Assembly (NCBI GenBank): GCA_012295275.1 | Contig: CM022669.1 | Location: 7,874,001-7,938,000, forward strand | Origin: Chrysomallon squamiferum | Lineage: Eukaryota; Animalia; Mollusca | Length of the DNA: 64,000 nt | Direction: 5' to 3' | Shown: positions 30,899 to 47,000 of the stretch, piece by piece | Position numbering within the stretch: the stretch's first letter is position 1 | How the letters are laid out: each line of letters opens with the position of its first letter | Made by a program: the position numbers and the translations under genes | The notes under the pieces: model-generated | What the model was told of the DNA's origin: nothing | Seen by the model: only the letters and a program-made list of their open reading frames with translations | Database searches by the model: none

Positions 30899-32601
30899 AT
30901 TTGTTGTTACATAAATTAACAATCATGATTTCCCATTCCAGCCTAACTGTAAACAATGTCCTGAAGGTTACTTCTGTGATGGCACTATTCAGAACAACAC
31001 AGTTTGCAGTCATGGAGTACAAAACCCAACACCATGCCAACCAGGCAGCTACTGTCCAGCAGGAACCAAGTTTGCCACAGAGTTCCAGTGTCCAAATGGA
31101 ACATACAGTGACCAGTATGGACTGAAGAATGAAGCAGAATGTACTCCATGTACTGCTGGACATTACTGTGAACTGGCAGGACTGGCTTCACCAACTGGAC
31201 CTTGTCAGGGAGGATATTTCTGTATCTCTGGGGCTTCATTGCCAGCTCCTGTAGATGGAATCACAGGTAACATCTGTCCAAAAGGAGATTTCTGTCCTCC
31301 AGGTTCCAACTCCAGCAGTCAGTGCCCTCCAGGAACATATAATCCGGTTGAAGGTAAAATACCTCTTAAACCTTTTATCCATCACTTAAGCACTCTCATT
31401 TATTTAACTTTTTTACATTAATAATTAATTAACTTTACACAGAGAACTGATGGTTATCATCTTCATTATTTTTGTTGTGTTTATTGTTACTATTATTAAT
31501 AATTACAATTTTTATTTATTAAATTTATCCAAAATTTAAAAAGAGGTCTCATGATTTCACCACTACAATTTTTCCTATGTTAGTTTATGTGATCTGAGCA
31601 CTAGATATATTAATCAACAGCCATGGAATATCATATTATTGTCAATTAATAATTTCTTATCATCCCTGGACTATTTTCTTTTCTATACAAATAATTATAA
31701 CTTAAAATGTGTTTGATTATACATGGTTAACATTATTATAAACATTGTTATAAACATTGCTTATGTTATTGTATAGGGCTGAGTGATGTGTCAGAATGCA
31801 AAGGCTGTGAACCAGGACAGTTCTGTCCATCATCAGGAATGATCTCTCCACAAGGCAACTGCTCAGCAAGGTACTTCTGTTCTGGAAATGCCACATCCAG
31901 CACACCAACTGATGGCACTACAGGAAATGTCTGCCCCATTGGTCACTACTGTCCAGAAGGAACTGCAACACCTCTTCCTTGTGAACCAGGAACATTCACT
32001 GATATCACCCTCAATGATGCCTGTCTGCCCTGCACTCCAGGCTATTTCTGTATCCATGGTACCAGTCCTGAACCCTGCCCGGCTGGTTACTACTGTCCAG
32101 AAAGAACTGGACATGTCTGGCAATCTTGTCCTGTTGGAACATTCAGTTCTGTGAGTGGTCTGGCAAATGAGACTCAGTGTACTCAGTGTACAGGAGGGTT
32201 TTACTGTGATGTGAAGAACCTCACAGCTGTGGCTGGTCCATGTGATGCTGGCTTTTACTGTCGCAGTGGCTCTGATGATAAACAGCCAAGTGGAAACCAA
32301 ACTGGAGATGCTGGCATCTGTCCTGAAGGTTAGTGTGATAATTGGTTTTTTTATCTCATAAATAATCACTTGCTGTTCTTTACATAACTATTTACTTATT
32401 CATTTACACTTTCTTTTATCTAAACATACATCCACATATGAAAACAAAAAAAATGTATATATATATATATATAGATAGATAGATGCTAATTTCTGTTTTC
32501 TCTTCTCTATCTTTCCAGTTCTCAGTCTGTCCATACCTTTCTCATTGTCTAATTTTTTTTTTTTTGTCATGCCATTTTATCTCTTTCTCTCTCATGCCCT
32601 T

Positions 32602-32638
<37 letters not shown>

Positions 32639-35600
32639 GTACATGTATAGTCAAGCAGCTTATCACTGACATACATTATAATTTTGTTTGTTTTTGGCAG
32701 GTCATTACTGTGAACAACAGACTCAGGATCCATCCCCCTGTCCTGCTGGTACTTTCAACAATCAAACCATGGCAACCAGCCTGTCTGACTGCCAAACATG
32801 TTTGCCTGGATACTCATGTGACACACCTGGCTTAGCTTTCCCTTCAGGTACTTTATTATCAACTGAAGTCTACTTCAGTTAACAGTGAGGTAGAAATAGA
32901 AGTATTATATGTAATGATAGAAAAGATAAGGAAAATTTTAATATTTTTTGCCGTTTTCAGCTTTATTGAAAATATTTGATTGACATTAACTTGTTACAAC
33001 ATGTTTCATTACATTCAGTCTGTTTAATTTTAATGAAATAATTTATTGTTTTCACACCAGGTCTGTGCAATGCTGGCTTCTACTGTACTGGGGGATCTAA
33101 TTCTTCCATGCCTCCTCAAATCTCAGCAACTGGAGGTCCCTGCCCTGCAGGCACATACTGTACAGAGGGTTCAAGCCAGCCTGTTCCCTGTCCCAAAGGA
33201 TCCTACAACACACTGGAACAGCAAAGTAACTGTACCGAATGCCCAGAAGGCTATTTCTGTGAGGATGGAGCAACTAGCAAAACAGAATGTCCAAAAGGTT
33301 AGACAATAAAAATTAATTAACTTGGTCTTACTGCATCTTATGGAATATGAGCATGAAAAAATAAATATTAAATTGTGAACCAGTCCTTGGTTATCTATAC
33401 ATATAATTGGGATTTTCTTAATTCTTGTTTTAATTGCTTTAAAATAAATAAATAATAGCATTTGTGTTGGTTAGCTTTCTAAGGTTAAATATTACTTTTT
33501 CTTTAAATATGGAAGCCTAATATAATAAAGAAAAGAGAAATAGAAGAATAAAAAAAAAATAGTGAATATTACTTTTCTATTTTTAGGTTACTATTGTCCT
33601 CCAAAGACTGAGTTTGCTCATCAATATCCTTGTCCTAATGGCACCTATAACAATGAAACCAAGGCAACAACAAATGCAGCATGTCAACTGTGTACACCAG
33701 GGTATTATTGTCCTAGTTCAGGCATGACAGAACCTGCAGGTATTTGCAGTGGAGGATGGTACTGTACTTTGGGGTCTTGGTCAGATAAACCTTCAGTCCT
33801 AGGTAATGATACTGGAAGTTCTTGTTCTTGTCCAGCACAGAGCATTGGTGGCAAGTGTGAACCAGGAATGTATTGTCCACCAGGAACAGACCATCCTTTG
33901 AACTGTCTTCCTGGTCACTACTGTGACTCTAGTGGATTGGCTAATGTGACAGGAGAATGTTATGCTGGATATTACTGTAGTGGAACTTCCACCTTACCCA
34001 ACCCTGTCAATGAGACATTTGGTGATGTTTGTCCCAAAGGTCACTATTGTCCTCAGGGAAGCCCTTCAGCAATACCATGCAATGAAGGATTCTACAACAA
34101 CTGGTTTGGAAGTTACAATATCACCAGTTGCCTGCCTTGTACAGCTGGCAAATACTGTTCAGGACAAGGACGTGCTTTGCCTAATGATGACTGTGATGTA
34201 GGATGGTTCTGTCCAGAAGGAATGATTCTCCCTCAGCCTCCAGGCAACCAGTGTCTGCCTGGACATGAATGTCCTCGAGGAAGTGCTACTCAAAGTCCAT
34301 GTCCTTCAGGGAGTTATCAGCCTCTTTCAGGACAAGGATCATGTTTAGAATGTCAGGCTGGAACTTACTGTGACCAGAATGAAGCTATCAGTGAACAGCA
34401 AAGTGGAGAGAATGCTACTTCACATGGTGTTGTCATACCAAAGGTCTGTCCAGCTGGTTTCTACTGTCCAAATGGAACAAGAACAGCTAGAGAAAATCCT
34501 TGTCCTTTGGGCACATTTAGCAACACGTCTGGATTGGAGAGTGTAACTCAATGTCGAGACTGCCTTGCTGGATTTTACTGTGAAGCAGAAAACATCACTG
34601 AACCAACAGGAGAGTGTTTTGCAGGATATTATTGTGTATTAAAGTCCAATTCACCAACACCAGTCCTATCAGCAACAGGTGGTCCATGTCCTCAGGGCAG
34701 CTACTGTGTACAGGGCTCATCAAACCCAATACCATGTCCAAAAGGAACATTTGGTGATCGTGACAAACTTCCTTCTGAGTCAGACTGTACTCTTTGTCCA
34801 CCAGGCGAGTTTTGTGCTCAGTCAGGACTTCTAGCTCCCAATGGATCTTGTCTTGCAGGTTACTACTGTTCAAATGCATCAGAACAGGCTAATCCCATTG
34901 GCCAGACTTACGGAGATCAGTGTCCATCTGGATATTACTGTCCTGAGAAAAGCTATCAGCCTATAGCTTGTCCTGCTGGAACATACCAACCTGATATTCA
35001 ACGAACCAATCTTTCAGACTGTCTGCCATGTGATCCAGGAAAGTACTGCAACTCAACTGGGGCAGGGTCTGTCACTGGTGACTGTTCTGAAGGATTTTAC
35101 TGTATAAGAGGATCCAGCACCCCTACCCCACTTGATGGCATCACTGGTAACATCTGCCCTGCAGGCTCCTTCTGCCCACTGGGTTCATCATACCACACAT
35201 TCTGTCCAAACTCGACCTACACCAACCATACTGGTTCTGCAGCTTGCTACGATTGTCCTGAAGGTCACTACTGCACCAACCGTGACCATGCTGCCCCTTG
35301 TCTCCCAGGCTACTACTGTCCTTACAAGACAGGAGCGGATCTACAGATGTGTCCAGCAGGAACGTACAACCCCAACTACGGTATCAGCAACATCAGTCAG
35401 TGTACACAATGTGATGGTGGAAAGTTCTGTCTGACTCCAGGACAGTCGGCTGTCAGTGGTGATTGTGCTGCTGGCTACTACTGCAAAACAGGTATGTTTT
35501 ATATTTTCATTGATGCTTTAATAGTCTGATACTGAATTTGGTGACCATATTCTTCTTTTAACATTTATTTGACTTTGCTCTTGCAACAGTAGTTTCTTTA

Positions 35601-37723
35601 CCACAGAAAAATGTAATTAATGTGGATTAACAACAGTGTCAGTGTCAGTTTCCATATTTATTTATTACTTCATACAAAATTGATGTCATAAATATATATT
35701 ATTATTATTATTAAATTTTAAAATTGCTAACAATTACTCACAAAGATTTGTTTGTTTGTTTCTTTACTTTATTATTTAAGCCATTCTTTAATTTGTCATG
35801 TGAACGTCTAAGACTCACACAAAACGTTTTTCCTACTCTCAGTGAAATCAGTAATATAAATTTTCATTACTTACCTGCCTATCAGTACAACTCTATTTAT
35901 TTTTCAGGTGTCAACTCAGACACACCATCAGGAGGTCATACAGGTGATGGTGGACAGTGTCCACTTGGATTCTACTGTCCTGTAGGTACTGCTGACCCAA
36001 AGCCTTGTCCAGCAGGTAGCTTCAGGTGAGCAGATTTTATTTCTGCAAACCAAATATTCATTGTTTGCTCCCAGCTGCCTTAAAAATAACTAAACTGACT
36101 TTCTGAAGCTGCTATTTGAATTAAGGCAGAGATTTTTTATTAGAAACAAAAAAAGAAAGACATCTCCTGCATTCATTAAATTTTATTCTCTTTATTATTT
36201 TGTTTTGCATCTTTCCAGTGATAACATGGGTCAGGCAAACTGCACACTGTGTCCTGCAGGATACTACTGTACTGAAAATTCAACCGACTTCAACCAGAAC
36301 TGGTGTCTGCCAGGCTACTACTGTCCTTCTGGTACTTCTGATAAATACCAGTATCCTTGTCCTAGAGGATCCTACAATCCTGTGAATGGCAGTGATGGCC
36401 CCGAGGACTGCCTAGCTTGTCCACCAGGACAGTACTGTGAAAGTAAGTAGATCTGTGTGTTATACAGAATCTGACAGACAGGCAGACAAACAGACACTCA
36501 ACCAAAAACAGACTAACTTTGAAACAAACAGATAACCAGAATTATATTTATGCTTTTCATTCCACATACTCAGATAGTCAAAACCTTTGACACAGACTTT
36601 CACACATGCATGCATTCATAGATATTTACATAACACACTCATAATGCACTCACATGTATTCTGTCCTTCATTCTGGCAGATAGAAATATATATATTTTTA
36701 ATAACTCAAACAAATATCTATTGCTTTTTGAAAGATTTCTTCAGTTTAAATTCTGGACCTAATAAATATTATTAGCATTTTAATTGGGTTTTTAATTAAT
36801 ATTTTATCTGTTTATAACAGCTGATGGGATGGACCAAACCTTCAGGTAACTGCACACCTGGCTGGTATTGTACAGGTGGGTCTTACCTGGCTGAACCATT
36901 CACCACTGACAATGCTACATCTCTGTCTGACTGCACCTGCCCACTAGCCAACTACACAGGTGGGAAGTGCTGGCCTGGTACGTACTGTCCTGGTGGGGCC
37001 ACTTATCCCATTATCTGTGATGGTGGATCTTACTGCAAGAACTATGGACTGTCAGCTCCAGAGGGTCTGTGTGATGCTGGGTTAGTTTATTGTTATATTT
37101 TATTTTAGATAGCAGACTATACCTCACTGCTTTGTTACATAATCCATGCTGGATCAGTCTTAGGTAGGGTTTTTATCCCATTCAAGCAGAGGCTCCATGG
37201 TTGGTAATTAATGATCATCAAATTAGCTTTTCTTTCTGTGTGAAAATGATTATACAAGAAAAATGTAGTGAAAGACACTAAATCAGATACATTCAGTGTA
37301 TGATATCTGAAAGCTGTAGTGAATTGATGAAGTAGATCTTCATTGTGTTGTTAAGCAAAAAGAAACTTTTTTCACATTTGTAAAATATTTTTGATACAAC
37401 AGCTACTACTGTCATGGTGGTGCTACACAACCAGATCCACCAAGCAGCATCTGTCCTGTTGGTCACTACTGCCCACAAGGTTCAACCACAGCTACCCCAT
37501 GTCCTTCGGGCTCAATGTCCAACACCACAGGCAACACCAACTTGACAGACTGCAACCCATGCACTGCAGGGTACTACTGTGATGGACTAACAGTGGGTAC
37601 AACAGGTCAGTAAATGATTTATTCAGTTTATTTTTAAAATAAAATAAATATATAAGTAACATTAATTGTCTGTATAGATGACTGTGTGTATTTGTATGTG
37701 GGTGTAATATTGGGCGAGTGAGT

Positions 37724-37771
<48 letters not shown>

Positions 37772-40486
37772 GTGTGTGTGGATATGGATATGGATATGGA
37801 TGAGTGGGTGTCTGTCAGTATTTCTGGGTTTGTGTTCTTGTATTAAAATATGGCTTAGTTATTTAAGTAATACATACATTACTTTTAGTTATCTTACATT
37901 TGTTATACTGCATGATCTTTACCAGACACTGATAATACACTATATCACAGCACTTTGTGTAAGTTGTAGTAGATTAGATCACATTATATTACATTACATT
38001 ACATAATTCATACATATTAAAACATTATATATTTAGTATGTGTATGTGTTTACAGGACCCTGCAGTCCTGGATACTACTGCCCTGCTGGTCAAACAACAT
38101 CCACACCACCCGACTACAACTGTACAATTGGACACTACTGTCCTGGACAGACTGGAGCCCCTCTTCTTTGTCCACCAGGAAAATACCAGGATGAGAGAGC
38201 ACAAACATCCTGCAAAGACTGCCCATCAGGAAGGTAATTTGACATTATAATGATATATATCAAGAAGTGTATCCACTGTACCTTTTGGTTTTGTTAACAG
38301 AAGTTATTTCTTTATACAAAAACTAATTTCATCCATCCATCCACTTGTCCATAGAATCAACCATCATACATCCATAAATTCATTAATTTTTCTGTTTTTC
38401 AATACTTATCTGTCCATTTATTTCTCTATTTCTTCCATCTGTCCATCCATCCATCCATCCATGTATTTGTTATATTTGTATATTCAGATACTGTGATCCT
38501 GCAGAGGTAGCTACAACAACAGGAAATGCTGATGCTGGTGTCACTGTCCCTGCAGACTGTCCTGCAGGATACTACTGTCTAGTTAATACTGGTGTCAAGA
38601 CAATGTATCCTTGCCCTGTTGGTACCTATAGCAACCAGACCCAACTACAGAGACCAGACGATTGTACTGCCTGTAGTGCAGGTTTCTACTGTGGATCAGC
38701 TGGTAAGATTATATTCTACTTTATATGGATTATCAGACAGTTCTTAAATTATTTAGAATATGAGTTACATTTTACTTGTAATAGCTGTAATATAATTGTC
38801 AACATATATTTTGTATAGATTAACTAGTATGGTAATTATTTGCTGTACAGCTTGATTTTAATTTATAGCAAATTATTTTAATAATATTTTATTTTTCTAA
38901 TTTTATTTTATTTTGTTTTACTCTAGGTCTGACAGAACCCACTGGTATGTGTGATGCAGGATTTGTCTGTGTCTCTGGGGCAAACTCTTCCAGGCCCACA
39001 GATGGGACAACCGGCCAAGTGTGTGGACCAGGACTCTACTGTCCAGTGGGGTCCAAACAAGGTGTTAAATGTCCAGCAGGAACATTCAGTGACAAAACAG
39101 GACTAGAAAATGTCACAGAGTGTCAGCCATGTCTTCCAGGAATGTACTGCAATGTGGAAGGTAAAAGCATATTCTTGTTTCAAATTAAATATATTTTATT
39201 GTTAATAATGATCATGATAATGATAATGATATTTAATAAAGTTATTTTTGATTCTTAAATTTGAATTAAAAGAATAAATGTAATAGCAAATCTCAAGTGA
39301 ACTCTGTTTAAACTGATTTTCATTATTATTATTATTAACATCATCATCATCATCTGATCTGAAATTTTGTTTATTTGTATACCTAATAATAATTGCTTAT
39401 AAATTTTGATAATTTTATTTTACATTATAGTACAAATTGTTACAATGTATTGATTACATTAAAAATACAGCTTAAAATATTGTAACTTTATTTTACATTA
39501 TAGTACACTGTTTAATAATGTACTTGTTTCAGTTAGAAAACAAAACAAAAATACAACTTATAACTGTGTTCTATTTCTTTACAGGATTGGTATCTGTGTC
39601 AGGCAATTGTACTGAAGGTCACTACTGTACCCTGGGCTCCACTGAACCAAATCCAATTGGTCAGTCTTATGGCGACTACTGTGTCGCTGGTCACTACTGC
39701 CCAGTGGGCACTGCAGACCCTGTGCCCTGTCCTCGAGGAACATACTTGCCAGATACTGGTCGCTCAGTGGTCAGTGATTGTTTGGACTGTCCAGGAGGGA
39801 AATACTGTGGTAGCGAGGGACTCACAAACTTTACAGGTCAGTAATAATGTGAAATAAATGAATAAATTGAATAAATAAATAAATAAATAATAAAGTTATG
39901 TCCATCTGTCTCAGTATCTCTGTTTCTTTCTATCTGCCTACTTTTATTTCAGATAAATAAACTCATTCATGTTACCTGCTCATATTCATATAGAAGTAAA
40001 CATATAGATTGGAACTGGATAAAACAGATCACCATATAAACTATATTACATTAACAGAATACATTTTTTTTTAAATAAATAAATAAATAAAATAAAATTT
40101 CTTTATCATTATTTAGGTGAATGTAGTCCCGGATATTACTGTGAAGGAAAATCAGAAACAGCCACACCCACTGATGGTACAACTGGTGATGTGTGTCCTG
40201 TGGGAACGTACTGCCCTGGAGGAAATGCCCAACCTTTGCCTTGTGAAGATGGTGAGAATTGTTTTTAACATTGTTTAACACTGTTATATTCTTCTAGATA
40301 TGGATAAACAACATTGTTTAACATTGTTCTTGTTTTAAATTATTATTTATTTTTTTATTTTTATATGTTAATATAGCAGAATAATTTTAAAATATTTATT
40401 TAAAAAATAATAATAATAAAAAAAATTAAAATAAAAAAGGTAATGAAAAAGAAAAGGAACAGATTTAAAAAAAAAATAGAAACCGA

Positions 40487-40531
<45 letters not shown>

Positions 40532-41401
40532 TAAATTAATAAATAAATAAATAAATAAATAAATGAACAAAGGTACAAATAAATAGACTCCCTAAGTGTT
40601 TGCTGTGAAGTTTGTTTTATTTGTTTGTATATGTTGTTTCGTTTTCATTGAGGTCTCACCAACAATACCATAAAATAATATATTTATATATTCCTGTTTT
40701 AATTTACCTACTGTTCTTGCATTCTTCATTTACGCAAAATCAAATCAAACTGCTCTTCATTAAAGGAACATACATGAACCACACCCAGGCCAGTTCCTGT
40801 GACATCTGCCCACCTCGCTATTACTGTGTAAACAAAAATGTTCCTGACCCTTGTCCAAAAGGTCGATACTGTCCAAGCAACACTGGTTTCAACCAGTCAC
40901 TGTGTCCAGCTGGTTCATACAGCCCTGTGGAGCTGCTGATGGAGGAGTCTGAGTGTGTCCTCTGTGATGGAGGGTTTTACTGTGAAAGTGTGGGTCAGGT
41001 TAACACTACAGGACCATGTGCTGCAGGATATTATTGTCAGGTCGGAGTAAACACAGCTGCAGCCTAGCAACAACAACACAGGATCTGGAGGTTAGTTTTA
41101 GTCATAAAGAACATATTTACGGTCAATTTGTTTATGCTGATATGGCATCCATGTGTATTTGAAATTTGTTAAATGTATCTGTAAGTGATTACATGTCAGT
41201 GGTTGTTTTTGTTTTTGTTTTTTTTTAATTTATAATTATTAGTGTTAATATTATTGCTATTTCTGTTGTTGTTATAATTATTATTTATTTCTATTATTAT
41301 TATTTCTATCATCATAATCATCATGATCATTATTATTATTATTTCTATCATCACCATCATCATCATCATCATCATCATCATCATTATTATTATTATTATT
41401 A

Positions 41402-41441
<40 letters not shown>

Positions 41442-44009
41442 TTTCTTCAGGTGGATGTCCAGTAGGTCACTACTGTCCTGAAGGGACCTCTGATCCAATC
41501 AGTTGTCCAGCTGGGACCTACGCTGTCAACACCCATCAATCAGCATGCACTGTCTGTGAGGCAGGCTACTACTGTCTGTCCAACTCATCCACTTACATAA
41601 ACACTCCTTGTCCAACAGGTAAAATAGCTTAGTTGTTTACAAAAGTCAGAGAAAAATTTTTCAAAAAATTTAAAATAGTGTTTAAATAAAATTGGTGAAT
41701 TGTTGAGTACTTTAGTACTGTGTTTTTGTTATCATCAGCAGCATTATAATTTTGAAATGTTTATATAATTATAATTCACTAGTAATTGTTTCTTGTTAAG
41801 TAACTTTTTAATTTTTTATTTTAAATTTCATTTTATTATATTATACACGGTATTTATTTATTTTTTTATTTTTTTATTTATTTTATTTTTTTTTATTTTA
41901 TTTTTTTTTTTTTTTTTTATTTTATTTTGTTTTATTTTATTTTCTAATTTTTTTTTTTTTTTTTTTTCTGTCAGGTGCATACTGCCCTGCTGGTACAAGA
42001 TTTGCCTAGACAGTCTGAGTGTCCTGCAGGAACTTACAACAACCGAACTAATGGAGATAACATGTACAGTTGTCTCCCCTGTCCAGGTGAATTGTTTATT
42101 AAATAATTTGTTTGAAATTACTTGTTTAATCTCTTGACACCAGAAAAAAGGAGAGAGTATTTTATTCTTAAACTTTATTATTAGTAAAGATTGAAATGTA
42201 ATAAAAATATTTATCACAATAAAGTATATGGTACAGGTACTGTATTTCAGCTCTTTGTTTCTTTTACCACACACATACATGATAAACATATTACTCAATT
42301 ATTTATCTATACATTTTTGTAGGAGGCAAGTATTGTGAAGGAGCTGGGCTGGCAGTTCCTACAGGAGACTGTGCTGCAGGCTGGTTTTGTTCTGGTGGTG
42401 CATTCACAGATAAACCGTCACCACTGGTGAATGACTCCAGCGAATACAGCGTCAACTCAACATGTCCCATCTACGCCCGCAACTACACAGGAGGAATATG
42501 TGTGCCAGGTTAGAAACATTTTCTGATACTTCTTAAATTTTATAAAATAATATTTTAAAAAATATTTTAAAACTATTTTGCTTCAAATGCATGAAAAATG
42601 TTTTTAAAGATTTATAAAATATAATTCAAGTAATTTATTTAATCATTTTGTATAAAGATTGTTTTGTTTTGTTAATTTCCAGGAAACTATTGTCCAATTG
42701 GATCTGATCGTCAAGTGCCCTGCCCCCTAGGAAAATACTGTGCCAGCCACGCCCTGCCAGCCCCCACTGGTGACTGCCAAGCTGGCTATTTCTGTAATGG
42801 CAGTGCAATAGCCCCAGACCCTGTCAAGTGTTCAAAGGGACATTACTGTGTAGAGGGCACCACTGTAGAAGAACCATGTCCTCCAGGAACATATGCAGGT
42901 ATAATTTAATTTTGTTATTTTCATATAATAATAATAATAACATGACAATGTTATGGTTATTACTATCAGCATCATCATATTATTGTTACTGTACAATTAT
43001 TAATACAATTATGTAATAAAAGTATATGAAAATCAATATTATTATTTCTGCTGTATTCATATTTTACTCTATTGTATGGTTGCTGCAAGTACCACTGTTA
43101 CTACTACTATTACTACTATTATTACTGCTACTGCCATTACTACTACTATTGAGACTACTATTACAACCACTGCTGCTGCAACTCTTACTAAATCAATTAA
43201 TTTTATTTGACAGACCGAGAAGGAAACACAAACATCTCAGAATGCCAGGTATGTACTGCTGGTTACTACTGCCAGGAACACGGTCTTGTCACACCCAGTG
43301 GACCCTGTGATGCAGGATATTACTGCCCTGGAGGTCAGGATGCACCACGCCCAACTCAACACCCATGCAGCCCAGGTCATTTCTGTCTGCAAGGCAGTGC
43401 GAATGAATCAGTTTGTCCGGCAGGGACTTACCAACCTCAGTCTAAGCAGAGTGATTGTGTCAACTGTACTGCTGGCTCATATTGTAGTCCTTTTGGTGAG
43501 TTATGTCCCTTGATGTATTCTGAACTTCACAGCTGTGTATAAAGTCTTCTCTTTCACTGTATTGATCTCTCTATCTCACACACACAAAAACACATTGATA
43601 TATATATATACATAAAAAAACATTCATTATTAGTAACCATCAATATATTTTTTCCCAGTTTAATTCAAACAAATTACAGTTAAAGAGATTTTAAAAGAAT
43701 AACAACACACACACTAAAACTGTTTTATCTTTTTGCAAATGAAAGCTGTTTCTACTCCTACCATCTGCCCTGCCGGTTCGTACTGCCCTGAGAACACTAG
43801 ATACAGTACAGAGTTTCTGTGTCCACCAGGAACTTACAGCAACAAGACTGGTTTAGCAACAATTTCACAGTGTGCTCCATGCAGTCCGGGATACTACTGT
43901 GCTGGTGAAGGTAAGTAGTACCATCTCCTTTCCATGCAATACAGGATACTACTGTCTGTTCAACAGTTTATTATTATTATTATTTTAATAATAATAATAA
44001 TTATTATTA

Positions 44010-44051
<42 letters not shown>

Positions 44052-47000
44052 TTTATTCATTTATTCATTTATTCATTTATTCATTTATTCATTTATTTTG
44101 CTATATATGTATCAAATAAATCTATTAATATCAGTTTTAATTACTATTTTTCTGTTACTATCATCCAGGAAACACAGAACCAACTGGTCTTGTGCAGCAG
44201 GCTACTACTGTACCCATGGAGCTAAGAACTCAACACCAACAGATGGCACCACTGGTGACCTTTGCCCCCCTGGTAAATTCTGTACTAATGGAAGTGTGGT
44301 TGGTGAGGGCTGCCCTGTAGGTACGTTCAGTAACAGGTATGGACTGATGTCAAGTGCGGATTGTGAAAAGTGCACACCAGGGAAAATACTGTTCCCAGAC
44401 AGGACTTACCACAGAGTCTGGACTCTGCTGGGCAGGTTAGTTCATTACATACCTTTATTATTTTTACTGTAAAATAAGCATGGTTTTTTTAATGTTTTTT
44501 TTCTTGATGTTTCTATAATGCATTTAATAATGTATGGGTATATAATGTAATGTAATGTAATCTAATCTAATGTGATGTAATATAATATAATATAATATAA
44601 TATAATATAATATAATATAATATAATATAATATAATATAATATAATATAATATAATATAATAAATAATATGTGTGTGTATCCATCTGCTATGAACAGACA
44701 TACTGTTCCATCCATCCATCTAGCTGTCCATCATTTTAATAACTAATACATAATAAATCAATATTGACAGAAACAAATTAATTTTATTTAAAATCCATTT
44801 AATTATAAATTATTTCTAATCAAGTTCATTTAATTATAAATTTATTTTTGATTCAAAATCTTCCAGGTCACTATTGTTCTCTTGGGTCAGAGGAGCCAGC
44901 CCCAGTAGGAAAGTCGTATGGTGATAAATGTACCACTGGTCACTTCTGTCCTAATGGCACCAGTGTACCTGAGAACTGCCCACCTGGAACTTACCTGGAT
45001 CAGACAGGAATTAGTGACATCAGCCAGTGCATTAAGTGTACTCCAGGTATAGTTATATAGTCCTAAAACATCATTTTAAATTTTTTATTATTATTATTAA
45101 TGATAAAATTTCGTTTATAAAGAACAAATAGTGTTTACAGTATTTTTTTAAACTGAAATTCAAAGAGAGTATTCAGCTATTTGTATATACATTCACTGAA
45201 CCACATGCATGTCATTTTGTTCAACTTTCAGAATATATATATCATGTGTGAAATGAAATCGTGCTCAAATGACACCTATTAAAAAAATGCTACAAACTCT
45301 TGTTCCAGGCCAATACTTTTTATAGCTGTTGATGTTTTGTGAGAAAAATAACTTTATTTTATTTGTTTATTTATTTATTTATATACTTATTCACTCTAAT
45401 TTATTTATTTAATTTTTATGCCTACTGGCTTATTTATTTATTTATTTATATTTATTTATAATGTATATTTCAGGTTACTACTGTGAGAGTTACGGACTCA
45501 GTACTGTGACAGGGCAGTGTGCTGCCGGGTATTTCTGTACACTAGGAGCCAACTTTACCACACCTGTAGATGGCAGCACAGGTTAGTTCCTCTCTACATA
45601 TAATATTTCCTTAGCTATTTTAAATCCAGACCAATTTAAAAAAATTGTTTTACAAACATTGATATATATAAATCATGTGTTTATATGATATTTACAACTG
45701 TATTTACTTATCTGGACATGACATATTTACATGTATTCAACATCCTGCATATACATAACTAAATATATTACATGTTTATACAATACAGACTTGGATTCAT
45801 TTTTGATTGCTTTGTTTAATATACCTCATTCATTATCATCATTTTCTTCTTCTTTCACCATTGTCATATTCACCGTTATTTATTCTTTTGCAGGTGACAT
45901 CTGTCCTGAAGGTCACTACTGCACAGTAGGGTCAGCAGCAGCTACACCATGTGCAAACGGGACATACATGAACCACACCGGCGCCTCCTCGTGCTACATC
46001 TGTCCAGCTGGCTACTACTGCGTGAACCGTGACACTGCTGATCCCTGTCGTCAAGGTTACTATTGTCCTGAGGGAACCGGGGCAGACCTCCAGCCATGTC
46101 CAACAGGAACATTCGGAAACACGGAAGGACTGTCGACAGAATCTCAGTGTGCTGTTTGCACGGGTCAGTCATATTTCATTAAATGTGTAAACATCAAGTT
46201 TCCATCTCAATATTAAGCCTATTACTTGGATATCATACCTAAACATCTATGTACAGTGCCTGTCATCACCTTGCATGCATATAAACTAGATGTAATTATG
46301 AGTATATGTAGCCTACCACTTGTATTTGATATCTGCCTAGTTGATATTATATTTTCTTACTCTGAAAGGAAATCTACTGGTTTTTATATGTAGTGCTAGA
46401 TTACATTATGTAATATCTTTTCATTAAGAATTGTAACAAATTATTAACACTGTTAATTAAGATCTGACTTAATTTAAATATTGTTATCATTAATTTTCCA
46501 GGAGGTTACTACTGTGACACCCCAGGTTCTGCAGCTCCCAATGGAAAATGTCAGGCCGGCTACTACTGTGAGTCTGGATTGGACACACCTACTCCAACTC
46601 CATTTTCAACCCACAAAGGTGTTGGTGGACGATGTCCAATGGGTTCATACTGTCCAGAAGGGTCTATACTGCCTATTCCCTGTGATGCTGGAAGTTACAC
46701 GAATGAAGAAGGTCAGTTTGGAATTTGTTATTAGTCTTTTCTTTTCTTTTTCTTCTTATTAAGTTTTAATCTCTTTTTCTTGGTTTTTCTGGTTGAATTT
46801 TGAATTAAGTAACTAAGAATTCCAAAAATAAAAATTTGTCCCATTGTTTTATTTTATTGTTTGATGGCTTCAGGGTTTGAATAGTTCACTAATTTGTTTT
46901 ACACTGAAAATTTGGTTTCACTTTGTCTCAGAATTTTGAGCAATAATTATTTTATCAAGAATTAAATTTCATCACATGAATAATAATAATATAATAATAA

